Source of the DNA: Vicinamibacteria bacterium
Lineage (GTDB): Bacteria > Acidobacteriota > Vicinamibacteria > Fen-336
Reading direction: 5' to 3'
Length of the DNA: 64,000 bases
NCBI GenBank assembly: GCA_046331285.1
Contig: JAXLRD010000011.1
Coordinates: 69,790 to 133,789 of the forward strand
The position numbers and the translations under genes are program-made. The notes beneath the pieces were generated by a model that made no database searches, was not told the DNA's origin, and saw nothing but the letters and a program-made list of their open reading frames with translations. Of the stretch, positions 9,757 to 18,327 are shown piece by piece (position 1 is the first letter of the stretch; the number at the start of each line of letters is the position of its first letter).

Positions 9757-10458
9757 TCAGTCCTCGTCCTGCTTGCGCGCGAAGACGTAGCCGGCGCCGC
9801 GGATGGTGAGGAGCCGCCGCGGGCGGCGCGGGTCGTCCTCGATCGCCGCGCGGATGCGCGACACGTGCACGTCGATCGAGCGGTCGAACGCCTCGGCCGC
9901 GTCGCGGCCCGCCTTCTCCATGAGGGCCTCGCGCCCCAGCACGCGCCCCGGCGACTCGGCGAAGGCCACGAGGAGGTCGAACTGGTAGCTGGTGAGCGGC
10001 CGCTCGGCGCCGTCGACGCGCACGACGCGCGCGTCGCGATCGATCTCGAGCCGGCCGAAGCGCAGCGGCGCGGCGCGCCCAGCCCCGGACGGCGCGCGCC
10101 GCCGGAGCACCGCGCGGAGCCGGGCGAGGAGCTCGCGCGGGTTGAACGGCTTCGGCAGGTAGTCGTCGGCGCCGATCTCGAGGCCGACGATGCGGTCCTC
10201 GTCCTGGCCGCGGGCGGTGAGCATGATGACCGGCACGTCGGACCCGCTCGACCGCACGCGACGGCAGACCTCGAAGCCGTCGGTGTCGGGGAGCATCACG
10301 TCGAGGAGCACGGCCGCGAACGCCTCGCGGCCAAGGCGCGCGAGGCCGGCCTCGGCCGTGCCCTCGGCCGCGACATCGAAGCCGAGCGGCCGAAGGTAGT
10401 CGGCCACCAGCGTCGCGAGCGCGGCGTCGTCCTCGATCATCAGAATGCGCTCGGCCAT
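9757..10458 (-). CDS. OmpR/PhoB-family response regulator
   Basis: MAERILMIEDD...VLLDVMLPDTDGFEV...YLPKPFNPRELLARL plus a winged-helix C-terminus (LLTIRGAGYVF). ATG at 10458 (residue 33 of the track ORF). Confidence 0.9.
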   Translation of the reverse strand: MAERILMIEDDAALATLVADYLRPLGFDVAAEGTAEAGLARLGREAFAAVLLDVMLPDTDGFEVCRRVRSSGSDVPVIMLTARGQDEDRIVGLEIGADDYLPKPFNPRELLARLRAVLRRRAPSGAGRAAPLRFGRLEIDRDARVVRVDGAERPLTSYQFDLLVAFAESPGRVLGREALMEKAGRDAAEAFDRSIDVHVSRIRAAIEDDPRRPRRLLTIRGAGYVFARKQDED

Positions 10459-10537
10459 CGGTCTTCGGTCCGAGATGGTAGCAACGACGAGCGGCCGGGA
10501 CGCGCGTGGCGCCCCGGCCGCCTCCCGCCATGTGAGT

Positions 10538-11128
10538 TCAGTTCGCCTCGGCACCGCCGTGGAGCCGCCGGCCGAGCTCGATCAGCTCCTTCCGCTGGTC
10601 GGGCGTCAGCACGTCGCCGATGTCTTCGACCCCGGCGAGCGCGATCTTCGACGCCTCGTCGGCGAGGGCCATCCCGTCCTGCCGCAGCTTCTCGATCGCC
10701 GCGCGGTCGATCTCCGGCTTCGCGAGCTCCGCGACCATGGCCTTGTGGAGCGCCTGGTGCCGCTCGACGAGCGGCCGCACCTGGTCGACGAGGCGGTCGG
10801 TGATCTGCTTCGTCTTCTGCTTCTGCTCGTCGGTCGCGCTCACGCTGCGGAGCACGAACTCGCTCACCGTGGCGATGTGCTCCTTGGCCGCCGCCGGGTC
10901 CTGGAGCAGCGCGGCCATGCCCGGCCGGCCGTGGCCGAGGGCGAACCGCGCGGCGAGCGGGTGCGCGCGGAAGCCGTGCCCGCGGCCAGAGTGGAACGCC
11001 ATCGCCCGCGGCGCCGCGATCGCCGCCACCGCCGCCAGCACGCTCGCCCCGGCCAGCAGACCACCGGCCACCCAGAGCCACCGCCGGCGTCCCGAGGACG
11101 TCTTCGTCTCCCGGCTCGTCTCGCTCAT
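10538..11128 (-). CDS. Spy/CpxP-family periplasmic protein (LTXXQ motif)
   Basis: MSETSRE... with a TM/signal segment, helical repeats and LTPDQRKELIEL. ATG at 11128 is preceded by GGAGAAGGGGAG. Confidence 0.7.
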   Translation of the reverse strand: MSETSRETKTSSGRRRWLWVAGGLLAGASVLAAVAAIAAPRAMAFHSGRGHGFRAHPLAARFALGHGRPGMAALLQDPAAAKEHIATVSEFVLRSVSATDEQKQKTKQITDRLVDQVRPLVERHQALHKAMVAELAKPEIDRAAIEKLRQDGMALADEASKIALAGVEDIGDVLTPDQRKELIELGRRLHGGAEAN

Positions 11129-11394
11129 CTCCCCTTCTCCCTTCGCCCCGGCGCGTCCTTCGCGCCCGTCGAGAGGAAGGTGCCCTCCCGGCCTTTCCCG
11201 TGTTTGTCGGGACGATGAAGAAGTGTGAAGCGGCGCCGTCCCCGGTCGTGTACGCTCCTGTCCCGATCGGTGGACGCGGGAGCCGCCCCGCCCGCACCCT
11301 TTTCGACCGTTTCGAGCGGATTCGGCCGGGCATGCCTCGTGCAAACCCGATCCCGACGCCGTCCCGCGCCCGCTTCACCCGAGGAGGCCGGCCC

Positions 11395-11622
11395 ATGAAC
11401 CGCATCACGACCACGGCCCTGGCGCTCGTCGTCGCCCCCGTTCTCGCCGCCCAAGCCCCCCCGCCCCGACCTTCAAGGCCGAGTCACAGGTGGTCGTCCT
11501 GGACGTGGTCGCTCGCCGGTTCACGCCCACTTTCTCGGAGACGACCGGGTGTCCCCGACGTGCGACAGGTCGCTCGTGCGCAACCGGAATCGAACACCGC
11601 ACCCTGGGAGGCAGGCCCATGA
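11395..11622 (+). pseudogene. Frameshifted 5' remnant of a VWA-family paralog, readable as a 75-codon ORF that ends on the start of the next gene
   Basis: GAGGAGG RBS, then ATG. MNRITTTALALVVAPVLAAQAPPP is followed one frame over by TFKAESQVVVLDVVAR. About 125 nt are homologous to 12768-12893, after which similarity stops. Confidence 0.5.
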
Positions 11623-12662
11623 CCTGGCGCACCACAATCAGCCCCTTCCTCACCGCCGTTGGCCGTGGCGTTCTTCGGAGCACATACGGCCACGGCCGGA
11701 GCATCGCCGTCGGGCTGGCGCTCGCCGGCGGGTTTTCCGGCTGCGGAGGCAGCACGAACGACGTCGAGATGTCGGCGGCAGCGGAGAACTACCTCGACGA
11801 GATGCTCGACCTGATGCAGCAGCACTCGGTCAACCGCCAGAAGATCGACTGGACGAGCTTCCGCAACTCCGTCTTCCACGCGGGAGCGGACGCCACCAAC
11901 GTCGCGGACCTCAGCCGCGACGCGATCCCGACGGCCCTCCGCCTGCTGGGAGACCACGCGAGTTTCTACACGGCCGCGGACGGCTCTCAGGTCATGAACC
12001 CGGACCCGCTTTCCTGCACCGATCCGCCGGCGCCCGTGGTCACGGCACCGCCGGGAGTCGGCTACGTGGCGGTCGCGCCGTGCGGCCGCGGGCAGGGCGA
12101 GGGGCAAGCCTGCGCGGACGCCATGTACCAGCAGTTCGCCGGCCAGGACTCACGCGACCTCGCCGGCTGGATCGTCGACCTCCGTCACACCGCCGGCGGC
12201 AACATGTACGGGATGATCGGAGGCCTGGTGACGCTGCTCGGCGACGGCGAGTTCGGCTCCTTCGTCGACGTCGACCGCAAGAACGTCCAGTACTGGGGCT
12301 ACCACCAGGGGCAGGTCACCGCGGCAGGCTACCCGTATCTCTCCGCCAGTGCCCTCAGGCTGATCCGGCCCGATCCGAAGGTCGCGGTCCTGACCGACTG
12401 CTCGGTCGCCGGGGGCGGGGGCGAGGCCGTCGCCATCTCCTTCCGTGGCCGGCCCCTGACCCGCAGCTTCGGGACGCCGACCTATGGCCAGACGGTGGCC
12501 CGCCGGAGCTACACGCTGTCGGACGGCGGCAGCCTCGTCCTCGTTGCCTCGACCATGGCCGACCGCACCGAGACGCTCTATGGTGGCCCGATCGTCCCGG
12601 ACGAACTGGTGCGTGACCCCGCGCAGGCGGCGGAACGGGCGATCGCCTGGCTGAGGGAGTGA
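11619..12662 (+). CDS. Peptidase S41 (tail-specific protease)-like lipoprotein, possibly non-catalytic
   Basis: Lipobox LAGGFSGC; S41-like blocks WIVDLRHTAGGNMYGMIGGL and VAVLTDCSVAGGGGEAVAISF. The ATG at 11619 overlaps the remnant ORF stop (ATGA). Confidence 0.6.
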   Translation: MTWRTTISPFLTAVGRGVLRSTYGHGRSIAVGLALAGGFSGCGGSTNDVEMSAAAENYLDEMLDLMQQHSVNRQKIDWTSFRNSVFHAGADATNVADLSRDAIPTALRLLGDHASFYTAADGSQVMNPDPLSCTDPPAPVVTAPPGVGYVAVAPCGRGQGEGQACADAMYQQFAGQDSRDLAGWIVDLRHTAGGNMYGMIGGLVTLLGDGEFGSFVDVDRKNVQYWGYHQGQVTAAGYPYLSASALRLIRPDPKVAVLTDCSVAGGGGEAVAISFRGRPLTRSFGTPTYGQTVARRSYTLSDGGSLVLVASTMADRTETLYGGPIVPDELVRDPAQAAERAIAWLRE

Positions 12663-12767
12663 ACCGAAGCGCTGGAGCGTAGTCTCTCGGGTCAAGTTCG
12701 TGCACAAACGGCGGAAGAACGGGTGGCCCAACCCGTCTGCTCCCGCTGATTCGCGAAGGAGGTTCGG

Positions 12768-14300
12768 ATGCCTCGCATCACTTCCGCGGCCCTGGTCTTC
12801 GCCATGGCTCCTGTTGTTACTGCCCAGGAGCCCCCGCCCCCCACGTTCAAGGCCGAGTCGCAGGTGGTCGTCCTGGACGTGGTCGCCCGCGACGGCAAGG
12901 GCCGGCCCGTGCCCGACCTCCGCTCCGGAGAGATACAGGTCTTCGAGGACGGCAAGCCCTGCCCGATCGAGTCGTTCCGCCTCGTGCGGGGGCTGGCGGT
13001 CGAGCCACCGAAGGCCGCGCCCGCCGAAGGCGCGTCGGGTGCCGCTCCCGCCGAGGCGCCCTCGGCGGTGGCCCCGTCCCGCGCGAACCTGGTCGTCCTC
13101 CTCTTCGACCGCCTGTCCGTCCAGAACGCGACCGCCGCCCGCAAAGGCGCGCTCGACCTGCTCTCCCAGCGCTTCCCGCCCGACACCTGGTTCGCGGTCT
13201 ACAAGATGGATCGCTCGATGCGGCGGCTCCAGACGTTCACCAGCGACCCCAAGGAGCTGACGTCGGCCGTGGAAGCCGCGACGAGCGGCGACGAGGCGAC
13301 CCGCGCCGTCGCTGCCGATGCGCCCTCGATTCCGGCGCCGGCCGTTCCGGGAGCGTCAGCCGGCCCGCCAAGCCAACCCGATCTGGCGGGAAGCCCGGCG
13401 ACTGCGTTGTCCCAGACGGGGCGCGTCCAGATCGCCGCGCGGGTCGACTTCTGGGTCGCGGCTCTCGCCCAGCGCGTCGAGGCCTTCGACTCGCTGTACG
13501 GGATCTCGGCGCTGGCCCGCGGCCTGAGCCAGGTGCGCGGGCGCAAGACGATCCTGTTCTTCGCCGAGGACAGGGAGATCGTGGACGGCGCCGCCTCGGT
13601 GTACGACCTGACGATGAGCACCGCGAACCGCGCCAACGTCACCGTCCACACGGTCGACACCCGGGGCCTGGTGTATGAGCGGCCCGGTGATCGAAGCGCG
13701 GCGAGCCCCGCCCCGCGCGCGGAGGATCCGACGGCCGCCCCGGCGGAGATCCTCTCGCGCCGCGCCGACGGGGAGTTCGAACAGTACAAGGGCTCGATCC
13801 TGGCAGGCGAGGCGCTCGGCAATCCGGTCCAGGGTTCGTTCCTTACCCGGGTCGCGAACGACACCGGCGGTCTCGCCATCCACGACACGAACGACCTCGG
13901 CGCGGGCCTGGCTCGCGTCGTCGAGGAGGTCGGCCAGTACTACGAGGTCGTCTACGAGCCGCCGCGGCCCGAGCCCGACGGGCGATTCCGACGCATCGAG
14001 GCGAAGACGACCCGCAGGGGCGTGCACCTCCGCACGCGCTCCGGGTACTTCGCGACCGAAGCCTCGGCGCCGACCGTCGCGGCCTTCGAGCTGCCGCTTC
14101 TCGCGGCGATGAGCGCCGCCGAGCCGCCCCACGACTTCCCGCACGCGGCTTCGGTGATCCACTTCGGCTCGGCGGAGTCCGAGCGCGAGGCGCTCTTCCT
14201 CGCCGCGGTGCCTCTGCGGAGCGCGAAGATCGTGGAGGACCCGGTCCGCGGCACGTATCGCGCGCACCTGTCGCTGCTCGCATTCGTGCGCGACGGGTGA
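12768..14300 (+). CDS. VWA domain-containing secreted protein (Acidobacteria-type VWFA family), reading frame interrupted at 14298
   Basis: Signal peptide, TFKAESQVVVLDVVARDGKGRPVPDLRSGEIQVFEDGKPCPIESF, and VVLLFDRLS / ILFFAED VWA blocks. The stop at 14298-14300 is followed by a homologous continuation in another frame. Confidence 0.75.
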   Translation: MPRITSAALVFAMAPVVTAQEPPPPTFKAESQVVVLDVVARDGKGRPVPDLRSGEIQVFEDGKPCPIESFRLVRGLAVEPPKAAPAEGASGAAPAEAPSAVAPSRANLVVLLFDRLSVQNATAARKGALDLLSQRFPPDTWFAVYKMDRSMRRLQTFTSDPKELTSAVEAATSGDEATRAVAADAPSIPAPAVPGASAGPPSQPDLAGSPATALSQTGRVQIAARVDFWVAALAQRVEAFDSLYGISALARGLSQVRGRKTILFFAEDREIVDGAASVYDLTMSTANRANVTVHTVDTRGLVYERPGDRSAASPAPRAEDPTAAPAEILSRRADGEFEQYKGSILAGEALGNPVQGSFLTRVANDTGGLAIHDTNDLGAGLARVVEEVGQYYEVVYEPPRPEPDGRFRRIEAKTTRRGVHLRTRSGYFATEASAPTVAAFELPLLAAMSAAEPPHDFPHAASVIHFGSAESEREALFLAAVPLRSAKIVEDPVRGTYRAHLSLLAFVRDG

Positions 14301-14840
14301 GCAGCCGCCCCGTCGCACGCCTGTCGCAGGACTGGCCGCTGGAGGGCCCGATCGCCGACCGCGGCCGTCTCGCCGGCACGACGGCCTCGTTCCGACGCGC
14401 GCTGCAGCTGCCGCCGGGCGCGTACACGCTCGTCACGGCCGTCCAGGATCGCGAGGCGAACCGGACGAGCGTCGCGCGAACGAGCTTCGAAATCCCGCGA
14501 CCTGACGGCACGTTTGCCGTCGGCAGCCTGAGCGTGATCCGCGGGCGAGCGCGGCACCGTCCACGAGCGCGGATCCCCTGCGCGTCAGCGGAGTCTCCAT
14601 CGCCCGGCGCACGGTGCGAGCGGCTTCCCGCCGGCACGAGGAGATCCCGCTGTTCCTTTCCATCTACACGTCGCTCGCCGGCGCGCCAGTCGAGCTCGAA
14701 GTGAAGGTCGAGCACGGCGGGCGAGACGGTCGCAACGTCTCGCCGAAGCTGCCGGCCCCGGCGCCGACGGCCGCATCGCCTGGATCGGCAGCCTGCCCGC
14801 CGCGAAGCTCCCGGCGGGAGCCTACGAGATCGTCGCCACC
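14297..14840 (+). pseudogene. Frameshifted continuation of the VWA gene, spread over three reading frames
   Basis: Family-like text continues as ARLSQDWPLEGP...LPPGAYTLVTAVQDREANRTSVARTSFEI (frame 2), then ADPLRVSGVSIA...EEIPLFLSIYTSLAGAPVELEVKVEHGG (frame 1), then GRIAWIGSLPAAKLPAGAYEIVATVRQGEAV (frame 0). Confidence 0.5.
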
Positions 14841-15812
14841 GTGCGGCAGGGCGAGGCCGTCGCCGAGGAGCGCGCGTCCTTCGCGATCGCACAGGGCGGC
14901 CCCGGGCGCGACCGCCCCGCCGCCGCGGTGGCGGCCGCTCCACCTCCGGTCCCCGCGGAACTCGTCCCGGTGCTCGACGCCGCCGCGCGCTACGTGCTCG
15001 AGTACGAGCAGTCCTTCCGCGACCTCGCCGCCGACGAGACCTACACGCAGTGGGCGGCGGCCCGCGACACCCTCAACAAGGGCCTCGCCCTCTCCTGTCC
15101 GGACGGGATCTGCCGCGTCTCGACGCGAGCGGATCTCGTCTTCGTCCGCCTCCCCGGCCCGGTGCCGTGGGGCTCGTACCGGGACGTCTACGAGGTCGAC
15201 GGCCGGAAAGTGCGGGATCACGAGGCCCGGCTCGAGGCGCTCTTCAGCCGATTGCCCTCCGCGACGGCGCAGGAGCGAGCCCGCCTCCTGCTCGCCGAGG
15301 GCTCGCGATTCAACATCGGCCCGGCGATTCGCACGGTCAACTTCCCGACCCTGGCTCTGGCCTTCCTCCATCCCGCGAACCAGGGCCGATTCGCCTGGAG
15401 CCGCGGCGGGCATCGCCGCATCGACGGGATCGAGGCGGTCGAGGTCGAGTTCGACGAGGTGGCCCGGCCCACGATGGTGGATCGCGGACGGGACGGGGAC
15501 CTGCCGGCCAGCGGCCGCTTCTGGATCGACCCGGCGCGCGGCACGGTGCTCCGAAGCGAGGTCGCCTTCCGTTTCGAGTTCGATCGCCTCCCTTGCGCTC
15601 GAGCGGCGATCTCGGTGGACTACGCCGCGGACCCGAAGCTCGCGATGTGGGTGCCGCAGGAGATGCACGAGACCTACGAGGACCTGGAGGGCGCACGGCT
15701 GCGGGTGTTCCGCAGCCCCAGCCGCGCGACCGCCCGCTACGCCGGGTTCCGGCGCTTCACGGTCAGCACGGACGTGGACGCGCGGGTGCCGGACGAGCCG
15801 CCGACGCCCTAG
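14841..15812 (+). CDS. Uncharacterised domain of about 320 aa, in frame with the last VWA segment; fused C-terminal region or a separate gene with an unclear start
   Basis: Protein-like composition (LVPVLDAAARYVLEYEQSFRDLAADETYTQW...FNIGPAIRTVNFPTLALAFLHP...YAGFRRFTVS). No family recognised. Confidence 0.45.
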   Translation: MRQGEAVAEERASFAIAQGGPGRDRPAAAVAAAPPPVPAELVPVLDAAARYVLEYEQSFRDLAADETYTQWAAARDTLNKGLALSCPDGICRVSTRADLVFVRLPGPVPWGSYRDVYEVDGRKVRDHEARLEALFSRLPSATAQERARLLLAEGSRFNIGPAIRTVNFPTLALAFLHPANQGRFAWSRGGHRRIDGIEAVEVEFDEVARPTMVDRGRDGDLPASGRFWIDPARGTVLRSEVAFRFEFDRLPCARAAISVDYAADPKLAMWVPQEMHETYEDLEGARLRVFRSPSRATARYAGFRRFTVSTDVDARVPDEPPTP

Positions 15813-15832
15813 AATCCTGCGGGAGGTCTTCC

Positions 15833-17977
15833 GTGAGATCCAACTTCTTGAACCAGGTCGTCCTGGCAGCGGGGTGCGTGGGGATGCTCGTGAGCGGCAG
15901 CGGGGCGGCAGACGCAACGGAGACGGCGGCGAAGAACCCGCTGCTCGAGAAGTGGACGGGCCCGTACCAGGGCGTCCCGGCGTTCGACAAGTACAAGGTC
16001 GAGCAGTTCGAGCCGGCGCTCGAGGCCGCGATGGCCGAGAACCTGGCCGAGATCGAGAAGATCGCGAAGGACCCCGCGGCGCCGACGTTCGAGAACACGA
16101 TCGCCGCCCTCGAGCGGTCCGGCCGGACGCTCGCGCGGGTCCACAGCATCTACGGCATCTACAGCTCGAACCTCGCGACGCCCGAGTTCCAGGCGGTCGA
16201 GCAGAAGATGGAGCCGAAGCTCGCCGCCTTCCAGGACCGCATCGTCCAGAACGAGCCGCTCTTCAAGCGCGTCGCCGCCGTGTACGAGGCGCGGGAGAAG
16301 AGCGGGCTCACGCCGGAGCAAGTGCGCCTCGTCTGGGTCTACTACAACAACTTCGCGCGCTCGGGGGCGAAGCTCGAAGGACCGGCGAAGGCGCGGCTCT
16401 CCGAGGTCAACCAGGAGCTGGCGTCGCTCTACACGACTTTCAGCCAGAGAATCCTCGCCGACGAGAACGACCCCCTGACGGTCCTCGAGAGCGAGAAGGA
16501 CCTCGCCGGCCTGCCCGCCTCGTTCGTGGCGGCGGCCGCGGCCACGGCCGAGGAGCGCGGGAAGAAGGGCCAGTGGGCGATCGCCAACACGCGGTCGAGC
16601 GTCGAGCCGTTCCTCACGTTCTCCGATCGCCGCGACCTGCGCGAGAAGGTGTGGCGCACGTTCGTGATGCGCGGCGACAACGGCGACAAGAACGACACGA
16701 AGGCCGTGATCACCGAGATCCTGAAGCTGCGCGCGGAGAAGGCGAAGCTCCTCGGCTACCCGACCTACGCCCACCGGATGATCGAGGACCAGATGGCCCG
16801 CACGCCCGAGAAGGCGACGGAGCTGATGGAGGCCGTCTGGAAGCCCGCCGTGGCGCGCGTCCGCGAGGAGGTCGCCGACATGCAGGCGATCGCCGACAAG
16901 GAGGGCGCCAGGATCACGATCGAGCCGTGGGACTACCGCTACTACGCCGAGAAGGTGCGCAAGGCGAAGTACGACCTCGACGAGAACCAGATCAAGCCGT
17001 ACCTCCAGCTCGAGAAGCTGCGCGAGGGGATGTTCTGGGTGGCCGGCCAGCTCTTCGGCTTCGAGTTCGTCCCGGTGAGCGGCGTGCCGGTCTCGCAGCC
17101 CGACATCCGCGTCTACGAGGTGAAGAAGGCCGGCCGCCACGTCGGCCTCTGGTACTTCGACCCCTACGCGCGGGCCGGCAAGCGCTCGGGGGCGTGGATG
17201 AACGAGTACCGGCCGCAGGAGCGGTTCGACGGCGACGTTCCGACGATCGTCTCGAACAACTCGAACTTCGTGAAGGGGAAGCCCGGCGAGCCGATCCTCG
17301 TGAGCTGGGACGACGCCTCGACGATGTTCCACGAGTTCGGCCACGCCCTCCACGGCCTCTCGTCGAACGTCAGCTACCCGACGCTCGCCGGCACGAACGT
17401 CGCCCGCGACTACGTGGAGTTCCCCTCCCAGATCCTCGAACGGTGGCTCGAGACGCCGGAGGTGCTGAACAAGTACGCCGTCCACTACCAGACCGGGAAG
17501 CCGATCCCCGCCGAGCTCGTCGAGAAGATCAAGCGCGCGTCGAAGTTCAACCAGGGCTTCGCCACGATCGAGTACCTGGCCTCGGCCCTCGTCGACATGA
17601 AGCTGCACCTCGCGGGCGACGCGGCGATCGAGCCGGACGCGTTCGAGAAGCAGACGCTCGCCGCGCTCGGGATGCCGAAGGAGATCGTGATGCGGCACCG
17701 CACGCCGCAGTTCTCCCACATCTTCGCGGACGACGGCTACGCGGCCGGCTACTACAGCTACCTGTGGGCGGACACGCTGAGCGCCGACGCGTTCGAGGCC
17801 TTCACCGAGGCGAAGGGCGGGCCGTACGACAAGGACGTCGCGGCCCGGCTCACGCAGTACGTCTTCTCGGCCGGGAACACCGTCGACCCGGCCGAGGCCT
17901 ACCGCAAGTTCCGCGGCCGCGACGCCGGGATCGGGGCGCTCATGCGGAAGCGGGGGTTTCCGGAGCCGGCGAAGTAG
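15833..17977 (+). CDS. dcp: Peptidyl-dipeptidase Dcp (M3 metallopeptidase) with signal peptide
   Basis: HEFGHALHG zinc motif and M3-wide similarity (TFENTIAALERSG..., YSYLWADTLSADAFEAF). GTG at 15833 (residue 262 of the track ORF) follows GGGAGG. Confidence 0.85.
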   Translation: MRSNFLNQVVLAAGCVGMLVSGSGAADATETAAKNPLLEKWTGPYQGVPAFDKYKVEQFEPALEAAMAENLAEIEKIAKDPAAPTFENTIAALERSGRTLARVHSIYGIYSSNLATPEFQAVEQKMEPKLAAFQDRIVQNEPLFKRVAAVYEAREKSGLTPEQVRLVWVYYNNFARSGAKLEGPAKARLSEVNQELASLYTTFSQRILADENDPLTVLESEKDLAGLPASFVAAAAATAEERGKKGQWAIANTRSSVEPFLTFSDRRDLREKVWRTFVMRGDNGDKNDTKAVITEILKLRAEKAKLLGYPTYAHRMIEDQMARTPEKATELMEAVWKPAVARVREEVADMQAIADKEGARITIEPWDYRYYAEKVRKAKYDLDENQIKPYLQLEKLREGMFWVAGQLFGFEFVPVSGVPVSQPDIRVYEVKKAGRHVGLWYFDPYARAGKRSGAWMNEYRPQERFDGDVPTIVSNNSNFVKGKPGEPILVSWDDASTMFHEFGHALHGLSSNVSYPTLAGTNVARDYVEFPSQILERWLETPEVLNKYAVHYQTGKPIPAELVEKIKRASKFNQGFATIEYLASALVDMKLHLAGDAAIEPDAFEKQTLAALGMPKEIVMRHRTPQFSHIFADDGYAAGYYSYLWADTLSADAFEAFTEAKGGPYDKDVAARLTQYVFSAGNTVDPAEAYRKFRGRDAGIGALMRKRGFPEPAK

Positions 17978-18020
17978 GCGACGGACGCGCCGGCCCCGGT
18001 CTCGGCGCTCCTCCGGGCGG

Positions 18021-18048
18021 GTGTATCCTGTGGTGTATTCGTGTATAC
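18021..18048 (+). promoter_or_regulatory. Candidate operator/promoter of the toxin-antitoxin operon
   Basis: Three direct GTGTAT repeats (18021, 18033, 18041), the last forming the palindrome GTATAC, just upstream of the GAGGAG RBS. Confidence 0.35.
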
Positions 18049-18060
18049 AGAGGAGCCGCG

Positions 18061-18327
18061 ATGCCCCGACGGGAGACCTCGACGGTCCTGACCCTGCGCG
18101 TGCCGGCCGCGCTCGATCGCCTCATCGCGCGGGCCGCCCGACGCGGCCGTCGCTCGAAGAGCGCCGTGGTCCGGGAAGCCCTCGAGAGCGCGTTCGGCGC
18201 CGACGCGGCGCGGAGCGATCCCGCCCGCGAGGCCCGGCGCCAGTCGCTCCTGGTGAGCGGCCTCCGGTCGGAGGAGGAGACGCTCGACTTCATCGGTCAC
18301 GTCGCCGACGGCGAGACCTGGAAGTGA
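18061..18327 (+). CDS. Ribbon-helix-helix (CopG-like) antitoxin
   Basis: LTLRVPAALDRLIARAARRGRRSKSAVVREALESAF. The stop overlaps the toxin GTG (GTGA). GAGGAG RBS. Confidence 0.75.
   Translation: MPRRETSTVLTLRVPAALDRLIARAARRGRRSKSAVVREALESAFGADAARSDPAREARRQSLLVSGLRSEEETLDFIGHVADGETWK

Noticed and set aside
11575-11605. A tRNA-like T-loop string (reverse complement GGTGTTCGATTCCGG).
   Set aside because: The flanks cannot form a T-stem, acceptor stem or anticodon arm. It lies inside the remnant ORF region.
15050-15832. The N-terminal 261 codons of the ORF that contains dcp.
   Set aside because: The text is Arg/Gly/Pro-rich and non-protein-like, and it overlaps the coding frame of 14841..15812. 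A GTG with a GGGAGG RBS and a signal peptide begins at 15833.
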